In this document: piece after piece, positions 45,603 to 52,790 of the stretch
Position numbering within the stretch: the stretch's first letter is position 1
Layout of the letters: every line of letters starts with the position of its first letter
Assembly (NCBI GenBank): GCA_964423595.1
Contig: CAYRFI010000002.1
Span: 8,567-72,566 of the forward strand
Length of the DNA: 64,000 nucleotides
Direction: 5' to 3'
Source: an uncultured Thermoanaerobaculia bacterium
GTDB lineage: Bacteria > Acidobacteriota > Thermoanaerobaculia > Thermoanaerobaculales > Sulfomarinibacteraceae
Program-made: the position numbers and the translations under genes
The notes under the pieces: generated by a model
Database searches by the model: none
What the model saw: only the letters and a program-made list of their open reading frames with translations
Told to the model about the DNA's origin: nothing

Positions 45603-45747
45603 GGACGCTGATACCATGGCCGCCATGTTGATGGCCATACTGAAGGTCGTTGCTGGGCTGGCCGCACTCGGATCATCTCGATGGTTTTGATCGCCGTCGT
45701 CTCCGTGCTCACGAGGCCGGCTCGTGCAAACCGGAAGGGAGATCGCG

Positions 45748-46203
45748 ATGACAACTCAGGCGTCGGTTGAGGGATTCCTGGCGGAAAAAACACTGGCGAT
45801 CGCCGGTGTTTCGCGCAGCGGCAAGGGCTTCGGCAATTCTGCACTCAAGGATCTGACCGACAAGGGCTACGAGGTCCTGCCGGTCCATCCTGAAGCCGAG
45901 GAGGTCGGCGGCGTCCGCTGCTCACCGACCATCGCCGAGCTTCCGAAGGAGGTCGGTGGGCTGATACTTGTCGTGCCACCGGATCAGAGCGAAAAGCTGG
46001 TTCGCCAGGCGAAGGACGCCGGCATCAAACGCGTGTGGATGCAGCAGGGTGCGGAGTCGGCCGCGGCGATCGGTTACTGCGAATCAAACGGCATCGATGT
46101 CGTCCACGGCGAGTGCATCATGATGTTCGCTCAGCCGACCGGGTTCCACAGGTTCCACCGCTGGCTCAACGGCCTATTCCGAAAATTGCCGGCGCAACAA
46201 TGA
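45748..46203 (+). CDS. CoA-binding-domain protein (YccU-like)
   Basis: IAGVSRSGKGFGNSALKDL...GYEVLPVHP...VWMQQGAES. Confidence 0.7.
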   Translation: MTTQASVEGFLAEKTLAIAGVSRSGKGFGNSALKDLTDKGYEVLPVHPEAEEVGGVRCSPTIAELPKEVGGLILVVPPDQSEKLVRQAKDAGIKRVWMQQGAESAAAIGYCESNGIDVVHGECIMMFAQPTGFHRFHRWLNGLFRKLPAQQ

Positions 46204-46224
46204 CCGCCTCAAAGGGGGACGAGA

Positions 46225-46635
46225 ATGGCTGAATCGCTTCTCAAAGGATCGTGCCTGTGCGGAGGAGTGGCCTACGAGATGAGCCCGCCCTTCGTCTTCT
46301 TCCACCATTGCCACTGCAGCCGCTGTCAGAAGAGCTCGGGCTCGGCCTTCGGCGCCAACATTCTGGTCAAGGCCGCGCAGTTCCGTTGGACCCGGGGCGA
46401 GGAACTGGTGGGGCATTGGGAGCTGCCGGAGGCGGAGTTCTACTGCACCGGCTGGTGCACGGTCTGCGGTTCGAAGCTGCCCTGGGAGTCGCGCAACAAA
46501 AAGGGTTTTCTCGTGCCGGCTGGAACGCTCGATGATGTCCCCCCCGGCCAGCCCGAGAAGAACATCTTCTGGGCCTATCACGCACCCTGGTATGCCAACC
46601 CCGCGGAGCTACCGACCTTCGACGAAGGTCGTTGA
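46225..46635 (+). CDS. GFA-family (Cys-rich, zinc-binding) protein
   Basis: GSCLCGGV...HCHCSRCQK...CTVCGS. Confidence 0.7.
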   Translation: MAESLLKGSCLCGGVAYEMSPPFVFFHHCHCSRCQKSSGSAFGANILVKAAQFRWTRGEELVGHWELPEAEFYCTGWCTVCGSKLPWESRNKKGFLVPAGTLDDVPPGQPEKNIFWAYHAPWYANPAELPTFDEGR

Positions 46636-46683
46636 CGGAATAGCGTGTTCCGCCAGGCGTAGGATCAGGCAAGGAGACGAACG

Positions 46684-47100
46684 ATGAGCCAGGATTCGGA
46701 ACACCTCAAGCTGCTCGCGATCTTCCACTACGTGGTGGCGGGCATGGCAGCGCTCTTCGCCTGCATTCCATTCATTCACTTCTTCATGGGGCTTGCACTC
46801 GCCACGGGGGTTTTCCCGGATACCGATTCCGAGGCGCAGCCAATCGGCATAATCATCATGGTCTTCGCCGGTCTCTTCATCCTCGCAGGGTGGACGCTGG
46901 CGGCACTCATCGCCTATGCCGGCCGCAACCTGCAGACTCGGAAACGCTACACCTATTGTCTCGTGATGGCCGGCGTCGAGTGCATTTTCATGCCCTTCGG
47001 CACCGTGCTCGGGGTCTTCACCATCATCGTTCTGATTCGGGATACGGTGAAGGATCTGTTTGGCCGATCAGCCGCACACCAACCGGTGCCAACAGACTGA
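46684..47100 (+). CDS. Membrane protein, unknown function
   Basis: Four TM helices. 138 aa. Confidence 0.5.
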   Translation: MSQDSEHLKLLAIFHYVVAGMAALFACIPFIHFFMGLALATGVFPDTDSEAQPIGIIIMVFAGLFILAGWTLAALIAYAGRNLQTRKRYTYCLVMAGVECIFMPFGTVLGVFTIIVLIRDTVKDLFGRSAAHQPVPTD

Positions 47101-47120
47101 AATCAACCCCGCCATTCTGC

Positions 47121-47207
47121 CGCCCCTCCGGGGCTTGTTGAATTGAATGCCCTCGTTTCCTGGGGCTCACGCCCCAGGCTGATCAACTGTCGCCCCTCCG
47201 GGGCTCA
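47121..47207. repeat. REP-like GC-hairpin element
   Basis: CGCCCCTCCGGGGCT (47121-47135) and GGGGCTCACGCCCCAGGCTGATCAACTGTCGCCCCTCCGGGGCTC (47162-47205). Closely similar to 63513-63559. Confidence 0.7.
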
Positions 47208-47244
47208 GTTCTCCCCTTCTCCCCTGCCCCTGTACACTCTTCGC

Positions 47245-47832
47245 ATGTGGGACAAACGCTTCTCCGATCCCGGCTACGCCTACGGCACCGACCCGAACAG
47301 ATTCCTCGTGTCGGTAGCCGATCGCATCCCTCGCGGGAACGTCCTCTGCCTGGCCGGGGGCGAGGGACGTAACGCGGTCTACCTGGCCGGTCTCGGCTAC
47401 GAGGTCACCGCCGTCGACACCTCCACCGTCGGACTGAAAAAAGCAGAAGCCCTTGCGCGAGATCGTGGGGTCGCGGTCGATGCCGTGCTCGCCGACCTCG
47501 AGGATTACCCGATCGAGCCGGGCGCCTTTCAGGGCATCGTCTCCATCTTCTGTCACCTGCCGCCGGTGATTCGAGCCGCTCTTCACGAGCGCTGCCTCAG
47601 GGGTCTGGCGCCGGGCGGAGTCTTCATCCTCGAGGGGTTCACGCCGCGTCAGCTCGAACTCGGCACCGGCGGCCCGAAGACACGCGAGCTGCTGATGGAG
47701 CTCGAGATCATTCGCCAGGAATTGCCGGGGCTCCGCCTCGAGATCGCCCGCGAGATCGAACGCGAGGTGGTCGAGGGCCAGTACCACCGCGGCAACGCCG
47801 CGGTCGTACAGATTCTCGCCGTCAAAACGTAA
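47245..47832 (+). CDS. Class I SAM-dependent methyltransferase
   Basis: VLCLAGGEGRNAVYLAGLGYEVTAVDTS (motif I). Start at ATG 47245. The upstream part of the tracked ORF is repeat-derived. Confidence 0.75.
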   Translation: MWDKRFSDPGYAYGTDPNRFLVSVADRIPRGNVLCLAGGEGRNAVYLAGLGYEVTAVDTSTVGLKKAEALARDRGVAVDAVLADLEDYPIEPGAFQGIVSIFCHLPPVIRAALHERCLRGLAPGGVFILEGFTPRQLELGTGGPKTRELLMELEIIRQELPGLRLEIAREIEREVVEGQYHRGNAAVVQILAVKT

Positions 47833-47924
47833 TCTCCGTCAGTGTTTCGGTTGAACCACGCACGGAGGCGTCCAGCAGAATGTGCAGCACCGCCGGAACG
47901 CTCTCTCGGTCGCCCGGCTTTCTC

Positions 47925-48377
47925 TCATCCGCTCAGCTGACTGATGACCGCCTCGCCCGTTTCCGTCATCCTGCTGCGATCGGCGAGGTCGGCCAGAGTG
48001 AACTCCTCCAGCACCTCCCGGATCCGCAGGTTGATCAATGCGTACACGACGCGGCACTCGCAGTTGTTGGCTTTCGGACAGGTCTCCGGTTCGTCAACAC
48101 AGTCGACGACGCACACCGGCCCCAAGGTGGCCTCCATGATCTGGCGGACAGTGATTGCGTCAGGTGGTGAAGAGAGCTTGTAGCCGCCGTGGCGCCCCGC
48201 CACCCCGCGCACCAGGCGGGCGCTGCGCAGGGCCAACGCCACCTGCTCGAGATATCCGTGGGAGATTCCGGTGCGCTCGGAGACCGAGGCCAGGCTCACC
48301 GGCGAATCCTGACCACCGTGGCGTGCGATGTCGAGCATCATCCGAAGGCCGTATCGGCCACGAGTGGAGATCTTCAT
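47925..48377 (-). CDS. Rrf2-family transcriptional regulator (three-Cys, IscR/NsrR-like)
   Basis: MKISTRGRYGLRMMLDIA...SHGYLEQV...GGYKL and a C-x-C-rich C-terminal segment (CVVDCVDEPETCPKANNCEC). Confidence 0.85.
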   Translation of the reverse strand: MKISTRGRYGLRMMLDIARHGGQDSPVSLASVSERTGISHGYLEQVALALRSARLVRGVAGRHGGYKLSSPPDAITVRQIMEATLGPVCVVDCVDEPETCPKANNCECRVVYALINLRIREVLEEFTLADLADRSRMTETGEAVISQLSG

Positions 48378-48391
48378 TGCGGACCGACGAT

Positions 48392-48403
48392 AATATCGAT
48401 ATT
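48392..48403. promoter_or_regulatory. Perfect palindrome AATATCGATATT upstream of the Rrf2 gene
   Basis: Lies 15 nt upstream of the Rrf2 start codon on the minus strand. Possible operator and/or -10 region (TATTAT). Confidence 0.35.
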
Positions 48404-48529
48404 CAAACCCGTCAACTAGGAATTAAATGATCCAACGCACATTTCAATCTCGGTAGAACTCCCCTTGACCGCCGCGATCACCGGCCCCGAGAGTTTCATC
48501 GCGACCCGCTTCACAATCTCGCCGCGCGT

Positions 48530-49132
48530 TCATCCTGAGGTTTTGACTGAGACCGCGAACCGCAGCGGCCACGAGGCCGCCTCGCCGGCGTAGTCGACCC
48601 CGACCCTGGGGTTTTTCTGCACTTGGTCCTCCGCGAACTCGACGCCGTCGTCACAGATTCTCAGCGCCGAGTCGGGCGCGCACAGATCGGCACCGTCGTC
48701 CGAACGGGTAATGGCGAGCGCCTGGCACAGCTTGCCCGGACCGTCAGTCAGCGACCTCTCCCCCACCCTCGCACCGCGTCGCGCTCGAACGTACTCGAGC
48801 CCTTCTTCGACCATACCGGCACGGATCAGCACCGCCTCCGGCCGCTCCGGACCGACGGTCACCACGTTGAGGCAGCTGTGGATGCCGTAGACGAGATAGA
48901 CGTAGGCGTGGCCAGCCTCGCCCCACATGGTTTCGGTTCGCGGCGTCCGCCGACCTCCGTAGGTGTGGCAGGCGGGATCATCGATCCCGAGATATGCCTC
49001 GACCTCGGTCAGGCGAAGAACGACATCGCCACCCGCGTCAGTGCGCACCAACAGCTTGCCCAATAGCTCGCGCGCCACGTGCTCGGTGGTACGCTGGTAG
49101 AAGTCGCGTGCAAGCGTTGGGGGGTAGTTCAT
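48530..49132 (-). CDS. DNA-3-methyladenine glycosylase (MPG/AAG family)
   Basis: LTEVEAYLGIDDPACHTYGGRRTPRTETMWGEAGHAYVYLVYGIHSCLNVV. Start is at 49132, or at 49144 or 49171. Confidence 0.8.
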   Translation of the reverse strand: MNYPPTLARDFYQRTTEHVARELLGKLLVRTDAGGDVVLRLTEVEAYLGIDDPACHTYGGRRTPRTETMWGEAGHAYVYLVYGIHSCLNVVTVGPERPEAVLIRAGMVEEGLEYVRARRGARVGERSLTDGPGKLCQALAITRSDDGADLCAPDSALRICDDGVEFAEDQVQKNPRVGVDYAGEAASWPLRFAVSVKTSG

Positions 49133-50054
49133 GAGTTCAACCATCTGCGTCACCGGTGGTGCCGGTTTCATCGGCAGTCACGTCGCCGACGGGCTCGTGG
49201 CGGCCGGCCACCGGGTGCTGATTGTGGACGACCTGTCGAGCGGCCGCAAGGAGAACGTGCCCAAGGACTCCGAGCTCCACGTGCTCGACGTACGTTCCGA
49301 GGAAGCGGGCCAGCTTCTGGTCGACCGCAAGGTCGAGATCCTCGTCCACCACGCAGCGCAGATGGATGTCCGGCGCTCGGTTGCCGATCCGGTCTTCGAC
49401 GCCGACGTCAACATCCTCGGCCTGCTCAATCTCCTGGAGGCTGCGCGTGGGGGGTCACTGAAACAGGTGATCTTCGCCTCGACGGGTGGCGCCATCTACG
49501 GCGAGCAGGACGAATTCCCCGCCGACGAACATCACATTGCGCGCCCGCTTTCCCCGTACGGCGTTGCTAAGCTGGCCTCCGAGCGGTACCTCTTCTTCTA
49601 CCACTCGGAGTACGGCCTCGAAGCCACCTGCCTGCGCTACGCCAACGTCTACGGCCCCCGCCAGAACCCACACGGCGAGGCTGGAGTGGTCGCGATCTTC
49701 AGCCGACGTCTCCTCGACGGCGAGGAGGCGGTGATCAACGGCGATGGCCTCCAGACCCGTGACTACGTCTACGTCGACGACGTCGTGCGCGCCAACGTCG
49801 CCTCCCTCGACCGGCCCGGGTTCTCGATCTACAACGTCGGCACCGGGGTCGAAACCGATGTCAACAACCTCTTCAACCACATCGCGGAAGCGGCCGACTA
49901 CGACGGTGCGCCGAAGCACGGCCCCACAGCGGCAGGCGAGCAGCGCCGATCGTGCATCAGTTCCGAGCGCATGCTCGAAGAACTGAGTGTCGCCGTCGAC
50001 ACCCCACTGTCGGATGGAATTCACGCGACCGTCGCCTGGTTCCGCGAGCATTGA
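49131..50054 (+). CDS. NAD-dependent epimerase/dehydratase (UDP-glucose 4-epimerase-like)
   Basis: ICVTGGAGFIGSHV, YGVAK (YxxxK). Confidence 0.8.
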   Translation: MSSTICVTGGAGFIGSHVADGLVAAGHRVLIVDDLSSGRKENVPKDSELHVLDVRSEEAGQLLVDRKVEILVHHAAQMDVRRSVADPVFDADVNILGLLNLLEAARGGSLKQVIFASTGGAIYGEQDEFPADEHHIARPLSPYGVAKLASERYLFFYHSEYGLEATCLRYANVYGPRQNPHGEAGVVAIFSRRLLDGEEAVINGDGLQTRDYVYVDDVVRANVASLDRPGFSIYNVGTGVETDVNNLFNHIAEAADYDGAPKHGPTAAGEQRRSCISSERMLEELSVAVDTPLSDGIHATVAWFREH

Positions 50055-50150
50055 GGCGCAGATTCACTACGGCTTGACAACCCGAGTCTAGCGAGGCACA
50101 GTCGCCATCTATCAAAGCCGCGGCCCGAGCGGCTCGACTCGGAGGCAGCA

Positions 50151-50621
50151 ATGACCATCGAACTCGATTTTTCCAAGCTCAGCGGCACCGATGTGCTCGA
50201 CATGGCGATCGCCATCGAGGACGAGGCGCAGATGTATTACGAGCAGCTCGCAGGCTGGGTCGGCGACGAAAATCCTGAGGTTGTGGACTTCTTCAGCCGC
50301 ATGGCGGTGCGCGAGAGGCGCCATCACGACCAGGTCGTCGTGCTGCGCAAGCGGTTGTACGGCGATGCTCCGACCTCGAACGCGGCCAAGGTCTCATGGT
50401 CGGTCGAGGAGCCCGACGTCTACAAGGTGCCGGAAGATGTCACGCTGCAGCAGGCCTTCGAGGTCGCGATGGAATCCGAGACCCGCGCCTACGACTTCTA
50501 CGACGGCGCCATCGGGTACGCGGCCGATGACCAGATCGCCGAGCTCTTCGAGGGCCTGCGCCAGGCCGAGGCCGACCACCAGCGGATGCTCCGCGAGGAA
50601 ATGGCGAAGTACCCGGGATAG
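50151..50621 (+). CDS. Ferritin-like/rubrerythrin-family protein
   Basis: Two ExxH-type helices (AIEDEAQMYYEQL...RERRH; MESETRAYDFY...QAEADH). Confidence 0.65.
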   Translation: MTIELDFSKLSGTDVLDMAIAIEDEAQMYYEQLAGWVGDENPEVVDFFSRMAVRERRHHDQVVVLRKRLYGDAPTSNAAKVSWSVEEPDVYKVPEDVTLQQAFEVAMESETRAYDFYDGAIGYAADDQIAELFEGLRQAEADHQRMLREEMAKYPG

Positions 50622-50656
50622 CCCCAAGCACGGAATTCACCCACCCGCGCTTGAAT

Positions 50657-50777
50657 GAGGAGTTAGGAATTAGGAGTTAGGAATTCCCACCCTCCCCACT
50701 CGCGGTCTGAAATCCCGTGCGGGTGGGTGGGTGGTAAATCCGAAATCCGAAATTCGAATTCCGAAATTCGAAATCTC
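50657..50777. repeat. Intergenic heptad-array / G-run element, copy 3
   Basis: Left arm GAGGAGT TAGGAAT TAGGAGT TAGGAAT. Core CCCACCCTCCCCAC...GGGTGGGTGGGTGG (50721-50734). Right arm AAATCCG AAATCCG AAATTCG AATTCCG AAATTCG AAATCTC. Confidence 0.8.
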
Positions 50778-51123
50778 AACACGTCAAATGCAACGCCGCA
50801 GCGACATCTCTGCCCTCGTCTGCGAAGCGGTTGAACGCTCCGACCGCGGCGCCCGTGCGCTCGACCACGATCTCCGACCCGGCTTCGGCAAGAGCCGTCA
50901 GCGTCTCATCGAGGACCTTGACCCGTCCGAAGTAGCCGGTGCCGAGAACCACCACCTCGGGCGCCGCCGCCAGCACCTCGTTGAAGTCTTCCACGGCGTA
51001 GACGTGCCCACCCGCCTCACGCCACCAAGGACCTTTGACCTCGTCACCGAGCAGAATCACGTCCCGCGAGTAGTCCCTGCCATCGATTTGAATACTGCCG
51101 AAAGAGTAGCTGTCGATGTGCAT
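50776..51123 (-). CDS. Mth938-like (DUF498) domain protein
   Basis: FGSIQIDGRDYSRDVILL...VVVLGTGYFG pattern. Confidence 0.6.
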   Translation of the reverse strand: MHIDSYSFGSIQIDGRDYSRDVILLGDEVKGPWWREAGGHVYAVEDFNEVLAAAPEVVVLGTGYFGRVKVLDETLTALAEAGSEIVVERTGAAVGAFNRFADEGRDVAAALHLTC

Positions 51124-51153
51124 GTCGCACCTCTCAGGTTTCCGTGAACCGAA

Positions 51154-51633
51154 TCACCCGTACGGGAAGACCACCGGGTAGCGAGGGATCATCAGCTCGC
51201 GTGCCTTCTCCTGCTCCGCCTCGGTCGGACGGACCGTGATCACCGTCGTCTCGAGGTCCCGCAGCAGGGCCGCCGCCGTGCTGCCGAGCCCGACGTCGAG
51301 CGTTCCCCTCTTCGAGTGACTGCCGATGATCAAAAGATCGGCGCCGATCTCCTCCATGTGGGCGATGATCTCGCGGCTCGGTCTGCCCTGGCGGACGGCG
51401 ACGTCGACCTCGAGCCCCTCCACCCTGAGCGGCTCGGCGTAGCGCCTGATCTTCTCCTCCATGGTCTCGACGTCGGGAAGCAGCTCCACCGGCGCCTCCA
51501 CCGACAGCACCGACACGGGCGCGTTGTGCGCCGCCGCCAGCACGCCCGCGAGATCTCGAATCCGGGCCGCGATCGGCGTGATGTCGAGATAGCGCTGCAG
51601 GGCCGCGGCAACGCAGATCTTCGTGTAGGGCAT
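51154..51633 (-). CDS. Universal stress protein (UspA family)
   Basis: ADLLIIGSHSKRGTLDVGLGSTAAALL. Start at ATG 51633. Confidence 0.75.
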   Translation of the reverse strand: MPYTKICVAAALQRYLDITPIAARIRDLAGVLAAAHNAPVSVLSVEAPVELLPDVETMEEKIRRYAEPLRVEGLEVDVAVRQGRPSREIIAHMEEIGADLLIIGSHSKRGTLDVGLGSTAAALLRDLETTVITVRPTEAEQEKARELMIPRYPVVFPYG

Positions 51634-51849
51634 CTTGGACTCCTTGCCACCATCATACCGCGGGACCTTACCAGGTCGGTACTGTCTCCCAACCGGGGAA
51701 GGGGTCGTGAGTGAGCTTCCAGCCGGTCGCCGATTCCTCGTCGCGGACGACGCGGAGGATGAAATGATTGATCGTCGGGAGTTGCGAAGGGTTTTAGGCC
51801 GTCGCGACAGAACATCATCTGGGGTATCCTCGGTGAGGAGGCCCCGAAC

Positions 51850-52281
51850 GTGGTTTTGAAAGCTGACCTTGCCGAGCGCATCACGGACGAGTTGTCGGAT
51901 CGACCGGAGATCCTCGAGGCGTACCTCTTCGGTTCCCGGGCGCGAGGTGCGGGGCAGGCCCACAGTGATGTCGACATCGCCGTCTACGTTGACGAAGCGA
52001 AGATCGAACCGCGGCTCTTCGGATACAGGGCCGAGTTGACTTCAGCGCTGATGAGCAGTCTCGGCACCAACTCTGTCGATGTGGTGATCCTCAACCGTGC
52101 GCCGCCCCTCCTCTACCATCGCGTATTGCGCGACGGGTCCCGTCTTGTCTCCCGCGACCTCCGCGCGACAACCGTCCGCGAAGGTCGGGCTCTATCCCGT
52201 TACTGCGATTTCGTCCCGCAACTCGCCAGGATCGACGCCATCCTCAGCAACCGCCCAGCTGCCCACGAGCGTTCAAAATGA
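51850..52281 (+). CDS. MntA-type nucleotidyltransferase antitoxin
   Basis: LFGSRARGAGQAHSDVDIAVYV (GSxxRG...DxD). GTG start. ATGA overlap with the next gene. Confidence 0.8.
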   Translation: MVLKADLAERITDELSDRPEILEAYLFGSRARGAGQAHSDVDIAVYVDEAKIEPRLFGYRAELTSALMSSLGTNSVDVVILNRAPPLLYHRVLRDGSRLVSRDLRATTVREGRALSRYCDFVPQLARIDAILSNRPAAHERSK

Positions 52282-52709
52282 GCCCCGGCGAAATCGACGT
52301 TCAGGTCGTCCGACGGCATCTGGCCGCTCTTCGAGAATCGCTCCGGGTGCTTGCGACCCGCAGCGGAGTCTCCCTCGAAGACCTCGACACTGATACCGAA
52401 GAACGTTGGGTGGTGGAACGCGGCCTCCAACTGTGCGCCCAGAATTCGCTCGATATCGCGACCCACATCGCAGCCAGCCGAGGCCGCGATGTGCCGGACT
52501 ACGCCAGCGCGATCGACGAACTCGGACGCCTCGGTGTGCTGACCCACGAGTTTGCCCAGGAGTTTCGGAGTGTGGCAGGCTTCAGAAACGTCGTGGTGCA
52601 CGGGTATCTGGACGTCGATCTCGATGTCCTCCACGCCCTCCTTCACGACAAGCTCGGCGACTTTGAGTCCTTTGCCGTCCAGATCGAGACCTACCTGCAG
52701 AGCCTCTGA
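52278..52709 (+). CDS. HepT (DUF86, HEPN-domain) toxin
   Basis: HEPN motif RNVVVHGY (Rx4-6H) near the C-terminus. Confidence 0.8.
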   Translation: MSPGEIDVQVVRRHLAALRESLRVLATRSGVSLEDLDTDTEERWVVERGLQLCAQNSLDIATHIAASRGRDVPDYASAIDELGRLGVLTHEFAQEFRSVAGFRNVVVHGYLDVDLDVLHALLHDKLGDFESFAVQIETYLQSL

Positions 52710-52790
52710 CGCCAATTCCTCGAACGCTCGATTCTCGCGATTGGGCGAATTCCGAGAAGGTCACGGTGAGATCGAGTGTCTCCTATTTGG

